DNA of 64,000 bases from a virus (Duplodnaviria; Caudoviricetes). Below, in pieces: positions 28,105 through 36,662 of the stretch; within the stretch, counting starts at the first letter, position 1; each line of letters opens with the position of its first letter. The notes beneath the pieces were generated by a model. It saw only the letters and a program-made list of their open reading frames with translations, did no database searches and was not told the origin of the DNA. Position numbers and translations under genes: made by a program. The stretch is taken from the IMG/VR virus record IMGVR_UViG_3300015050_001523, positions 32,001 to 96,000 of that record; one strand, given 5' to 3'.

Positions 28105-29040
28105 TTATTTGGCGGCGACTTTTGTCTTTTTGTTTAGAAGCTCTTGAACTTTGTCAGTTGCTGGGCTTGAGGTTGCAGCCGGCGTTCCTATACCTTTTGC
28201 GACATTGCCTACAGTAGCGGCCCCAGCAGAAGCAATTTCTTTAAGAAGTGGAACCAAGAACTCTAGAAGAGGTTCCATAACATCTTGGAGCGCGGCCTGA
28301 GTCGCAAATTTGCAACCCTCTTTAATGTTTTCTGAGGCGTTGTCACCAATCAGATTATCAATATATTCGGCCTGGGTGTCAGCCGCATAATGAATAGCGA
28401 GCGGTCCAAGAAGGGCCAAAACTCGTTTGCCATTTTCGGATTCTAGAAATTCGCTTGGCAGGCCAAGTGATTCTGCTCCTTTGATAATCGCAGAAGTTAC
28501 CATTCCGTTAACTTGTGCTGCTCCTACGGTTTTAGCCGCATCGATTCCGGCGACTTTGATCATGTCTAGGGTTGAATTAGTATTGCTCATATATTTTTTC
28601 TCTTCTTTCAGTTTCTCGCTAATCTCATCAAATGAATTGGTCTTTGAACTATTATCTTTAGTTGTTTTTATGATTTTGAAAATATCACCACTTTTTGAAA
28701 CATATGCATTTTGTGCATAATCAAAAACTTCAATTTCATTGGCTTCCTTTATTGGTCCAATTTCCCATGGATCAATATGAAGTACAATGGATTTACTTCC
28801 TTCTTTATGGAGAGCTTGCCACTGTTTATCTCCTAATTGGTGAGTCCAATGCAGAGTTGGAGTAAGGACATAAGTCTCTCTATCTTTTGGCTTAAGGGCT
28901 ACATCCTTCTCGACAGTATAAATTTTTAGATATTGATCATTTCCATCATCATCTTCAAACTTATATCTTCCAGCAAGTTTTGCAACTGTTCCATTATCAA
29001 ATTTTATTTGTGTTGGATTGTCTTTTTCGTTTTCGTTCAT
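28105..29040 (-). CDS. hypothetical protein, possibly two fused genes (internal MSNTNST)
   Basis: 311-aa ORF; C-terminal half Ala/Gly-rich and GC-richer. Confidence 0.6.
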   Translation of the reverse strand: MNENEKDNPTQIKFDNGTVAKLAGRYKFEDDDGNDQYLKIYTVEKDVALKPKDRETYVLTPTLHWTHQLGDKQWQALHKEGSKSIVLHIDPWEIGPIKEANEIEVFDYAQNAYVSKSGDIFKIIKTTKDNSSKTNSFDEISEKLKEEKKYMSNTNSTLDMIKVAGIDAAKTVGAAQVNGMVTSAIIKGAESLGLPSEFLESENGKRVLALLGPLAIHYAADTQAEYIDNLIGDNASENIKEGCKFATQAALQDVMEPLLEFLVPLLKEIASAGAATVGNVAKGIGTPAATSSPATDKVQELLNKKTKVAAK

Positions 29041-29069
29041 AATCTTTTATTTTTCTAATAAACATAAGT

Positions 29070-29249
29070 TTATATTTCGATTGTTACTTTGATTTCTTGC
29101 GGGGCATTATCATTTCCAAGCTCAGACCTTAGTACATCTTTTTTTAGATATAAGGTACCTATAGCAATTTGGCCCCCGCTGTCTACCTCCTCATAACAAT
29201 GAGTTCCTTTTGTGCTTTTTTTGAATTTGAAGTGAATGAGTCTTTTCAT
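29070..29249 (-). CDS. small hypothetical protein (59 aa, not in ORF track)
   Basis: MKRLIHFKFKKSTKGTHCYEE..; downstream of promoter at 29280. Confidence 0.6.
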   Translation of the reverse strand: MKRLIHFKFKKSTKGTHCYEEVDSGGQIAIGTLYLKKDVLRSELGNDNAPQEIKVTIEI

Positions 29250-29279
29250 TTTGACAGGTGCCTTTGTTCTGACCTTCTG

Positions 29280-29308
29280 ATAGTAACCTCATTCTCTTTT
29301 GATGTCAA
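29280..29308 (-). promoter_or_regulatory. sigma70-type promoter
   Basis: TTGACA-N17-TACTAT. Confidence 0.7.
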
Positions 29309-29338
29309 GCTTTAAAGACAGGACCAAGAAAAGCAAAG

Positions 29339-29758
29339 TTATTTTTTAGGGCAAATTTTTGCTTTTGCCTTTGTTTTTTTAGTTGTTGTTGGTTTTTTTG
29401 GAATCATCTCAACATCAAAAGATTCTGTTATTTGTTCACTGCCTCCCTCTTGTAAACCGGCAGCGATATAATCAATAGTTGACGAATAATATCCGTCAGA
29501 AAGAGCAGATTCAAAATACTCTTGAATATCTTTTTCTGAAATACAATTCATCTTTTCCTCTAAAAGAGCTTGTATTTCATTATCATTCATAAGGTTTTTT
29601 ACATCTTTAAATTCACCTTCATAATTGTCAATCCTTTGTTCTAAATATTGATAATAATCTTCTGTAATCTTTATTTTTATTTTTGTTGTATAAGTAACAA
29701 CAACATAAGTGTCATCTTTTTGATTTTTTTTATTTTTTTTATTTAAATCTATTTTCAT
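29339..29758 (-). CDS. hypothetical protein
   Basis: 139-aa ORF with AAGGA RBS. Confidence 0.65.
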   Translation of the reverse strand: MKIDLNKKNKKNQKDDTYVVVTYTTKIKIKITEDYYQYLEQRIDNYEGEFKDVKNLMNDNEIQALLEEKMNCISEKDIQEYFESALSDGYYSSTIDYIAAGLQEGGSEQITESFDVEMIPKKPTTTKKTKAKAKICPKK

Positions 29759-29860
29759 AATTTTTCCTTTGATCCCTTAATTTATATTAATTTTCCATCT
29801 TCAAGAGCGATTTTTTTTGGTCCGAATGGACCATGAAAACCATCATCAAGAGCAAATGGA

Positions 29861-30004
29861 TCATAGTCGCTTCTTTTCTTGTTCGCTTTCTAAGATTGCA
29901 TTTTTTAGAATTCTTTCATTGTATTTTTTTGATATAAAATAAAACAAAAAAGAGAAAACAATAAATGATAAAAATATGGATAAAATAACTGCTGATGTAG
30001 TCAT
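29861..30004 (-). CDS. small single-pass membrane protein (47 aa, not in ORF track)
   Basis: MTTSAVILSIFLSFIVFSFLFYFISKK..; extended -10 TGGTATACT ends 7 nt upstream. Confidence 0.5.
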   Translation of the reverse strand: MTTSAVILSIFLSFIVFSFLFYFISKKYNERILKNAILESEQEKKRL

Positions 30005-30025
30005 GATTTGAGTATACCAAAATGA

Positions 30026-30059
30026 AAAAGAGGTCTGAGAATATTCTCAGACCTCTTTT
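30026..30059 (-). terminator. perfect 34-bp palindrome, intrinsic terminator
   Basis: AAAAGAGGTCTGAGAAT-ATTCTCAGACCTCTTTT, U-rich tail on minus strand. Confidence 0.8.
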
Positions 30060-30086
30060 ATGTCAGATGATTGTGGGGAAATTAAT

Positions 30087-30368
30087 TTATGAAATTCTTT
30101 TAACGTTTGAAATTAGAATAGGCGCAGTAACTTTGATTTCGCCCATTTCGTCAGTTTCTGGTGAAAAATTATTATTATCAAGATCCATTGTGGGATCATA
30201 TATTACACGTAACATAATATCTCCATACATTGCAGCCTCGTCTTTAGATTTGGTCAAGTAAGTATGTCGTTTTCCTTCTGGGGTAATGCTCCAAAGATGT
30301 CCATCTTTTTGGATCTGAGACCAGGCAAGTTCGGTGGTTGAGTGATACCAAGTATTATTTTTGTTCAT
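30087..30368 (-). CDS. hypothetical protein (WYHST..HTYLT, weakly ADP-ribosyltransferase-fold-like)
   Basis: 93-aa ORF; YH, YLT and E pattern only. Confidence 0.35.
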   Translation of the reverse strand: MNKNNTWYHSTTELAWSQIQKDGHLWSITPEGKRHTYLTKSKDEAAMYGDIMLRVIYDPTMDLDNNNFSPETDEMGEIKVTAPILISNVKRIS

Positions 30369-30418
30369 TTTTATTTCTTGTCAATTTTTAGCAGAATTTA
30401 TATTTTACACTTATTATA

Positions 30419-31096
30419 TTAGGCTTTTACAAAGACATTCCAAGATGCATTATTGTTTTTTGTATTTCCTTCTTCAAGGACAGAATCTAACCTTTTCAAG
30501 ATCATTCCTTCAATTTGATTTGATTTTGAAAGACGAGAAAATTCATTGGCTAGGCCATAAATAAAAGTTCTTGCCTGCCACAAGTGATCTCTCACATAAA
30601 TAGAACAAGAAAGACCAGTTTCAATTTCTAGTTCTCCCTGCTCTCCCATGATTGAATCAAGTACATTGTACCTTTCTAGAGTCGGCATGTCAACAAGATA
30701 GTTGTCCTCGCAAACTAAGACATCATTTGCGATAAATCGATCTTTGTATTTTCCTTCATCCAAGAAGAATTCTCCATCCAAAACAAGATGAGTTAATGAC
30801 TTTAGACTTCCATGAAGTTCAAGAAGATCGGATTTTAGTCCTTCGGACAATTCAATATAAAGACGATTTCGAAAAGCATCCCATAGTTTGATTTCTCCAT
30901 TTGGGGAGATTTCAAGAAGAGAACGAAGTCCCTTGAATTTGATTTGTCCAATATATCCTTTTTTTTCATACTCTAAAATATCACCAACAGATGCCACTTT
31001 GTCAATCGTTGGTGCATACATAATGTCTCCATTGTATTGGAAATATTCCATATTTTCACCAAAATTTACATCTTCAGGAATTTTTGAGTCTTTCAT
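30419..31096 (-). CDS. ATP-dependent ligase adenylation-domain protein, motif I variant KFKG
   Basis: QIKFKGLR, VLDGEF, FIANDVL, IEGMILK. Confidence 0.7.
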   Translation of the reverse strand: MKDSKIPEDVNFGENMEYFQYNGDIMYAPTIDKVASVGDILEYEKKGYIGQIKFKGLRSLLEISPNGEIKLWDAFRNRLYIELSEGLKSDLLELHGSLKSLTHLVLDGEFFLDEGKYKDRFIANDVLVCEDNYLVDMPTLERYNVLDSIMGEQGELEIETGLSCSIYVRDHLWQARTFIYGLANEFSRLSKSNQIEGMILKRLDSVLEEGNTKNNNASWNVFVKA

Positions 31097-31114
31097 ATTT
31101 TATCCTTTTTTAGA

Positions 31115-31300
31115 TTAAAGGTTCCAAAGGTGATGAATTAAGTATGCATAAGCAGTTGCGCATGCAAAAATAAGAAGAATGATGATGCTAATATATGCAA
31201 AAATATATTTTAGAATTGAAAGACCACCATTTGCATCTCCTTGTGATGCGAGCGTTCCAATAACTGTAATCGCAATGAAAATAATGATTCCAATAGTCAT
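31115..31300 (-). CDS. small membrane protein
   Basis: Two hydrophobic segments. Confidence 0.55.
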   Translation of the reverse strand: MTIGIIIFIAITVIGTLASQGDANGGLSILKYIFAYISIIILLIFACATAYAYLIHHLWNL

Positions 31301-31310
31301 TTTTTCTTTC

Positions 31311-31442
31311 TTATGAAGCCTTGATTACTTCAAGGATAAAACTGTAAACAAAATAGGCGAAAGCAAATGCAATGGCAGAACCCCAGAGCATATGAAGCCA
31401 GTAGATAAAAACAACCCTAACTGCATGTGAAATAAAGTTCAT
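31311..31442 (-). CDS. small membrane protein (43 aa, not in ORF track)
   Basis: MNFISHAVRVVFIYWLHMLWGSAIAFAFAYFVYSF.. Confidence 0.45.
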   Translation of the reverse strand: MNFISHAVRVVFIYWLHMLWGSAIAFAFAYFVYSFILEVIKAS

Positions 31443-31483
31443 TTTTCTTTCTAGTTTTGTTGTTGTAGGTTGAAGGCCATGCT

Positions 31484-31533
31484 AAAGCATAGCACCTTCT
31501 GAACGCATGTCAATGGAGAAGGTGCTATGCTTT
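31484..31533. repeat. 17-bp perfect inverted repeat enclosing a promoter
   Basis: AAAGCATAGCACCTTCT-N16-AGAAGGTGCTATGCTTT. Confidence 0.85.
31486..31513 (-). promoter_or_regulatory. sigma70-type promoter inside hairpin
   Basis: TTGACA-N16-TATGCT with GGTGC. Confidence 0.7.
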
Positions 31534-31546
31534 TTATCTCCAATTT

Positions 31547-31801
31547 TTAGATATCGATAATTTTTTTGGAAGAAGGCTTTGATTTTAGCGTTAAATTATT
31601 CATTTTTAAACATTTTTTTAATAGAATAACTTTTTCTTCAAGATCAAAAATTTTATTCTGTAGATGATTCATTAATAGAAATAATCTTAAAATTAAAAAT
31701 CCAAAAATAAAAGAAAAAACAAAAAAAACGAATTCAATGACTGACATATTATTTCTTTCTGAATAAAGATTTTTATGAAGCGAAGATAAGAAGTTTCGCA
31801 C
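31547..31801 (-). CDS. membrane protein with coiled coil
   Basis: Hydrophobic FVFFVFSFIFGFLILRLFLL; real start probably MSVIEF. Confidence 0.5.
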   Translation of the reverse strand: MRNFLSSLHKNLYSERNNMSVIEFVFFVFSFIFGFLILRLFLLMNHLQNKIFDLEEKVILLKKCLKMNNLTLKSKPSSKKIIDI

Positions 31802-32039
31802 TAAGTAGGCGCATATCTTCGATTTTGTCCAAATAATAACTTATCTCATCAAATTCTGAGATTTTGCAAATATACTCTTTATATTTATTTAGAACTTGTA
31901 AATTGGTAGGTGAGCCAATTTCTGTTTTATGATCTTTTAGAATATTTTTGGTGTCGATAGTCCCAACTTGAAGAATGGGAATGTTTATGGAAATGCCAGT
32001 GTCTTGGTCCACATAATTAACAGTAAGATTGAGTGACAT
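31773..32039 (-). CDS. hypothetical protein
   Basis: 88-aa ORF. Confidence 0.6.
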   Translation of the reverse strand: MSLNLTVNYVDQDTGISINIPILQVGTIDTKNILKDHKTEIGSPTNLQVLNKYKEYICKISEFDEISYYLDKIEDMRLLSAKLLIFAS

Positions 32040-32042
32040 TAT

Positions 32043-32426
32043 TTATTCCTTTTTGGATGGTTGTCCTGGAAGTAAAGCTTGACCCTCTTTTTCAATTTCG
32101 ACTAAAATATCTAATCCATATGTTCTATATGCCTCCCAAGAAGTAAGGCAGCGTCCAGTTGCTTTTGGTGAATATTCACTAATTTGAAATGTAGAGCAAA
32201 CATAAATTTTAGTGGAGGCACGAGCGCGTTCATCTATGTTGGTTAATTTACCGGGGCCGAAAATACGATCCAATAAAACTGGATCATAATTTTCTTTATT
32301 TTTCAAATCCAATTTAGTTCGCAACGATTCAAGTGCTATAATAGCATCTCTCGCAGCAAGTGGAGCGATACTATTTAGTGCATTTAATGCCATTTCGATA
32401 GTGTTTAGATTCTCAAATATTGTCAT
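32043..32426 (-). CDS. hypothetical protein
   Basis: 127-aa ORF. Confidence 0.6.
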   Translation of the reverse strand: MTIFENLNTIEMALNALNSIAPLAARDAIIALESLRTKLDLKNKENYDPVLLDRIFGPGKLTNIDERARASTKIYVCSTFQISEYSPKATGRCLTSWEAYRTYGLDILVEIEKEGQALLPGQPSKKE

Positions 32427-32459
32427 AAATAAAACTTTTTTATCGCTAATTTGTAGCTT

Positions 32460-32729
32460 TCAATATCGCTCAGGCCAAAAGTGTCCTGTATCCATTGCCG
32501 AGTCATTCGGGGAATAGGAGCGGCTGGCAATACGTTGTTCTGCTGCCCTCTCTGCTGCCATCTTTTCTTTCCAGTGGCGTGATAGATCTTGGTCGACATC
32601 CTCAGATTGGACAAGTCTTTCAATAACTTGTTTGATATATTCTTGCGACTCTTTTGATTTTTCTTGATTACAAGAAAATTTGCAAGAAAGTTTGAATGCT
32701 TTTAGGAGTTCTGGATATGAAGGTTTCAT
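32460..32729 (-). CDS. hypothetical protein
   Basis: 89-aa ORF directly after ClpS stop. Confidence 0.5.
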   Translation of the reverse strand: MKPSYPELLKAFKLSCKFSCNQEKSKESQEYIKQVIERLVQSEDVDQDLSRHWKEKMAAERAAEQRIASRSYSPNDSAMDTGHFWPERY

Positions 32730-32732
32730 AAT

Positions 32733-33029
32733 TTATTCTTCTTTAATTGTTACAAGTAGAGGATGCTCAGTAAGCTTTATAATATTGGTAACTTCTAGAA
32801 GTTTGGTTTCAGCAATTTCATATGTATATGAACCTGCGCTTCCAATTCCTTTTTTATGTGTTTCAGAAGCAATAAATTCTGCTTCTTCTCTTGTTTTATG
32901 AAATACTTTTTGTAATAGTTCGACTACAAATGTGGCTGGCGTGTAGTCGTCATTATGAAAAAGTACAACATATTTTTTTGGCCTCTTTAATTTAAATTCA
33001 GACTTGTCAATCGTTTTAGTTTGAGACAT
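32733..33029 (-). CDS. clpS: ClpS N-end-rule adaptor
   Basis: PKKYVVLFHNDDYTP..FVVELLQKVF, HKKG..AG.YTYEIAETK. Confidence 0.92.
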   Translation of the reverse strand: MSQTKTIDKSEFKLKRPKKYVVLFHNDDYTPATFVVELLQKVFHKTREEAEFIASETHKKGIGSAGSYTYEIAETKLLEVTNIIKLTEHPLLVTIKEE

Positions 33030-33049
33030 ATAGTGCCCCCTTCACTAAC

Positions 33050-33077
33050 AGAATAGCATGCCAAAAGAAGATGTCAA
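33050..33077 (-). promoter_or_regulatory. sigma70-type promoter
   Basis: TTGACA-N16-TATTCT with TGC. Confidence 0.75.
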
Positions 33078-33379
33078 ATGTCTTTAACGACTTTAACGTC
33101 TGAGATTGACATCATCACATATCCAGCTGGGATGCCGAAATGGCCACCTTTAACGATATGTGTGACGACACAAGTCAACTCTCGACCAGTATAGCCTTCG
33201 CTATGACCGTCGATGATAATAGCTTCTGGCCAGCGCTCAAACGGCCTGTACTCGCGCAGATGTAGGACATCGCCAACTTGGAATTGTTGGCGATCAGCAA
33301 GACGAAACTCGGCTCGCTTGGAACCATCGAGCACCGATTGAAACGGACTTGGCCAAGTCTTGAGTTCGTGCGTTGTCAT
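33074..33379 (-). CDS. ASCH/PUA-like (DUF3850) domain protein
   Basis: HELKTWP..F..VLDGSK..EFR..DR..FQVGD.L.LREY. Confidence 0.85.
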   Translation of the reverse strand: MTTHELKTWPSPFQSVLDGSKRAEFRLADRQQFQVGDVLHLREYRPFERWPEAIIIDGHSEGYTGRELTCVVTHIVKGGHFGIPAGYVMMSISDVKVVKDI

Positions 33380-33843
33380 TAATTATAGCGATCCTTAATA
33401 GTAATTCCATCTTCAGTAACAACTTTATCTGCCATTCGTAAAGGTTCTAAACCTCCGCGAACCCCCCAATCTCCCCTCGAATTTTGAAATACTTCATGGA
33501 TTTCATTAGGGCGACCCAAACAATCTGCAAAGCAGAACGTAGCTTTTTTATATCCTGAAATATTTGAAAGAATATAATTAAGAGATTTTATCCTTTTAAT
33601 TTCTTTCCAATAGTCTTGTTCAGAATATTCTTGATCATTTAAAAAATAAAATTTTCCATATGTATATTCACAAGCGGGGCCATCTTCTCGATGAAGTTTA
33701 TTGTGAATCCAATATTCTTTATCTCCATTTTTCCGTTCAATGGCAGGAAGATTTCCGTCTCGATGAAATTTATCATTTAAGTAATAAAATTTCGTTCCAT
33801 ATTGATTAATGATCAATCCGTCTCTAATAATGTTTCCCATCAT
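33379..33843 (-). CDS. HREDGPA-repeat family, copy E8 (2 units) with long unrelated tail
   Basis: Family core then about 55 aa of non-family sequence. Confidence 0.8.
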   Translation of the reverse strand: MMGNIIRDGLIINQYGTKFYYLNDKFHRDGNLPAIERKNGDKEYWIHNKLHREDGPACEYTYGKFYFLNDQEYSEQDYWKEIKRIKSLNYILSNISGYKKATFCFADCLGRPNEIHEVFQNSRGDWGVRGGLEPLRMADKVVTEDGITIKDRYN

Positions 33844-33852
33844 AATATTTTC

Positions 33853-34569
33853 CTATAAATTTTTTACAAAATCAAATAAATTTTCTTCACTATCTGAAGT
33901 TAGAATATTTTTAAAATTTGCACGAGGTTCAAGAATTTGCAACATTTTATATAGGCGATCTGGATTATGGTCGCAAAATTCTGCCAAATTATTAAAGAAA
34001 TCTTCTTTTAACTTAAAAGTTCTCGAAATAAATTCATCACTATCAAGATCTTCTTTTGAGATTTTCGACACAAAATCTAGAAATGCATTGAAATAAACTT
34101 CATTTTGTTTAATTTTTTCAAGATCAATTTTAAATCCGGTTATTTCAAATTGATCACTCATATCAAGCTTAAGCTCTTTTTCAATTTTTTCTTGCTTTTC
34201 AGCAGTAAAATTTACATAACTTGTCATCACATAATCAACACTTGATCGTAACGCTTTCCATGTTCTTGTTGGCGGTCTTTCTTTTTCTCTCGCCCAGTTT
34301 TTAGAAAAGTTTTCAAGAAGAAAATTCTTTATTGTTGATTTATGCTCTAAAACTTTTAGAGCGGCAGAACTAACAACAGAATATGCAGCAGCAAATTCAT
34401 CCATCAAATCTGACAATGATTTATTATCGATATTTGAATCAATTGGAAAATGTGAGACCGGTTTCTCTTTTTTATAAGAGGATTTTTTATTTGTTGATTT
34501 TATTTTTTTTGGATTTAAAAAATCCTCTTTAAAGTCTTTATCTTTTTCAAGATTTTTTGCGGTTGACAT
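33853..34569 (-). CDS. hypothetical protein
   Basis: 238-aa ORF. Confidence 0.65.
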   Translation of the reverse strand: MSTAKNLEKDKDFKEDFLNPKKIKSTNKKSSYKKEKPVSHFPIDSNIDNKSLSDLMDEFAAAYSVVSSAALKVLEHKSTIKNFLLENFSKNWAREKERPPTRTWKALRSSVDYVMTSYVNFTAEKQEKIEKELKLDMSDQFEITGFKIDLEKIKQNEVYFNAFLDFVSKISKEDLDSDEFISRTFKLKEDFFNNLAEFCDHNPDRLYKMLQILEPRANFKNILTSDSEENLFDFVKNL

Positions 34570-34586
34570 TTTTGAACTTTCTTTAT

Positions 34587-34907
34587 TTATGAACCAATAA
34601 TTCTAACAGTGTAAATCTTTTTGCCTGGAATTTTTTGATCCGGTTGATGAATCATAAATTGGACTTCTAATTCTGTTGATATGTTATGGACTTCAGCTAT
34701 AACCTCTAATTTTGATAAATATTCCAAGCCTGAAATCTCTACACTATTTTTTATTGAACCATGATGTTTAATGTCAAAAATAAATGTTTTTACTGCTTTA
34801 TTAAGCCGCAAAAATTCTGATGTTTTTGCGACTTCTAGTTCTCGCCGTTCAAAATCTTCTTTTATTGCTCTGTTTTTATTTAGTTGATCAAGTAAATTAT
34901 TTGACAT
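34587..34907 (-). CDS. hypothetical protein
   Basis: 106-aa ORF. Confidence 0.6.
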   Translation of the reverse strand: MSNNLLDQLNKNRAIKEDFERRELEVAKTSEFLRLNKAVKTFIFDIKHHGSIKNSVEISGLEYLSKLEVIAEVHNISTELEVQFMIHQPDQKIPGKKIYTVRIIGS

Positions 34908-34910
34908 AAT

Positions 34911-35294
34911 TTATGCTCCAAGTTTCTTGGAAAGTTCAAGGACAGGAGCAAGGAAATTTTCTATTTTGGTACTATAATCAGAAATCAAATCATATCCATA
35001 ATTTCCAAACACAAGAAAAATTGATCCAATAGGTTCATCAGATTCTTTTTCAAAAATATAAACAATTGCCTCATCTAAATTAAATAGAAGATCTTTTATA
35101 TCTTCATCATAATAAATGTCTTCCTTATCTTCTTCATATTTCTCGTCATCAATAATCTTTAAAATATGCCCAGTTTTTTTAGCTTCGTCAATTAAACAAT
35201 CAACAATTGCTAATTCTAGCATTGCACGCGCCCGACATGAATCATCATACTTATTCAAGATTTCAATATCTTTATCTGTCATTAAAATTTGCAT
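34911..35294 (-). CDS. conserved hypothetical protein
   Basis: 127-aa ORF, GSIFLVFGNYG.DLISDYS. Confidence 0.6.
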   Translation of the reverse strand: MQILMTDKDIEILNKYDDSCRARAMLELAIVDCLIDEAKKTGHILKIIDDEKYEEDKEDIYYDEDIKDLLFNLDEAIVYIFEKESDEPIGSIFLVFGNYGYDLISDYSTKIENFLAPVLELSKKLGA

Positions 35295-35305
35295 AATTGT
35301 TATTC

Positions 35306-35608
35306 TTATTCAGAAGGATCATTTAAGTGTTCAATTTTGAACAAAGTTTTCATTTTTGATGGATTAGAATCTGATGGATCTCTAGAGCTTTGGCACCATT
35401 CATAAACTTCACAAACATATAAATCTTCAGAATCGTCGCCACAAAAAAAGTTCGGAATGCTTCTTAGCATTTCTTCCAAAAAATTAGAAGAATCTTCTAC
35501 TATTGTTCCGTAATGGAGATTAAATCTACAAAGAATATAACGATCTCCTTCAACGGCTATTGAAGATTTACTATCTTGTGGAATTGAAAACATATTTTGT
35601 GACGACAT
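35306..35608 (-). CDS. hypothetical protein
   Basis: 100-aa ORF. Confidence 0.55.
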   Translation of the reverse strand: MSSQNMFSIPQDSKSSIAVEGDRYILCRFNLHYGTIVEDSSNFLEEMLRSIPNFFCGDDSEDLYVCEVYEWCQSSRDPSDSNPSKMKTLFKIEHLNDPSE

Positions 35609-35625
35609 TCTGAAGATTTTATTTA

Positions 35626-35913
35626 TTATTTAACAATAATTACTGTTGGATTGGTTTCCATTGCCTGTGGCTCTGAAAGTGATGGCTCTCCATCTCCATC
35701 TCCATCTCCATCTCCATCTCCATCTCCATCTCCATCTCCATCTCCGGTCTCAGTAGAGCCAAGATCAGGGCCTGATGATGATTCAGTGGTTGAAGTTTCA
35801 ACAGCATCAACATCGTCGGTTGGGCTGCATGAAGTTCCTGAACATGCAGTAAGCATGGTTGCAAAAATTGCAGCAATTATAGTATTTTTGGTTTTGATTT
35901 TATTAGTTAACAT
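35626..35913 (-). CDS. lipoprotein with (GD)9 repeat
   Basis: Lipobox LTAC; TGDGDGDGDGDGDGDGDGDGE. Confidence 0.75.
   Translation of the reverse strand: MLTNKIKTKNTIIAAIFATMLTACSGTSCSPTDDVDAVETSTTESSSGPDLGSTETGDGDGDGDGDGDGDGDGDGEPSLSEPQAMETNPTVIIVK
35687..35745. repeat. (TCTCCA)n hexamer microsatellite, about 9.8 units
   Basis: Perfect repeat encoding Gly-Asp on minus strand. Confidence 0.95.
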
Positions 35914-36011
35914 ATTAGTTTCTTCTCTTTCTATTTTTATATAACCGATTTATTTATCGGGAATGGCTAATTTACAATATATAAAAGGAGTTTTATACAC
36001 TTCCTCTAATT

Positions 36012-36263
36012 TTAGTTTGAAAAATTAGCAGGTTCTGGATTATAACGAATTACATGTCCTTCGTAATCAAATGGAATGTCCTTCTCATTTTCTTCTGGAT
36101 GCACAATTAGATAATTTTCTTTTTTATAAGAAGCCAAATTTGCAATGTGTTCTGTGCAAGTTTGTCCCATTTTTACTGTGTTATCCGCCCAGAATCTGGC
36201 CCTTTCATTTCGAAAGTAAACAAGAGGGTGTTTTTTACTCTGAATCATAAAGCAATGCTGCAT
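36012..36263 (-). CDS. hypothetical early protein (leaderless, start 36263)
   Basis: ATG 7 nt below -10 box; upstream extension in ORF track contains the promoter. Confidence 0.6.
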   Translation of the reverse strand: MQHCFMIQSKKHPLVYFRNERARFWADNTVKMGQTCTEHIANLASYKKENYLIVHPEENEKDIPFDYEGHVIRYNPEPANFSN

Positions 36264-36269
36264 TGAACG

Positions 36270-36298
36270 AGAGTAACATGAACTTAGAACGTTGTCAA
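36270..36298 (-). promoter_or_regulatory. sigma70-type promoter
   Basis: TTGACA-N17-TACTCT with TGT. Confidence 0.75.
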
Positions 36299-36354
36299 TG
36301 ATCATATTTTTGTTGGCTTTCTTTTGTTTGTAATCTCTTTTTATGGAATTTTTA

Positions 36355-36660
36355 TTAGCGTAATAGCCACCAAATTTTTATTTTTCGCCAAAATGTTCGC
36401 CAAAATGTAACTTTAACTTCTGGCAGACTCTCCTTATAATTGGAACAATCTCCATTTTCATTAATGTCCTTACAAAAGCCATATACATGGTCTCCTGACA
36501 CATAATCTGGCCTTATTAGAGCCAAAGAACATTTCCATTGATCGCTATGAAAATGAATATATTCATTCAGAGTTTTTTTCAAGCAATAATCACAATTTGC
36601 ACATATCGATTGGTTTGTTTTGGTTATTGACTTATATGGACTAAGTTCTTTAGATGACAT
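36355..36660 (-). CDS. Cys-rich hypothetical protein
   Basis: CANCDYC, WKC, GFC..NGDC. Confidence 0.6.
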   Translation of the reverse strand: MSSKELSPYKSITKTNQSICANCDYCLKKTLNEYIHFHSDQWKCSLALIRPDYVSGDHVYGFCKDINENGDCSNYKESLPEVKVTFWRTFWRKIKIWWLLR

Positions 36661-36662
36661 AG

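Noticed and set aside
35651-35944. Plus-strand ORF with SPSPSP repeat
   Set aside because: Antisense shadow of the GD-repeat lipoprotein, which has a signal peptide, lipobox and operon context.
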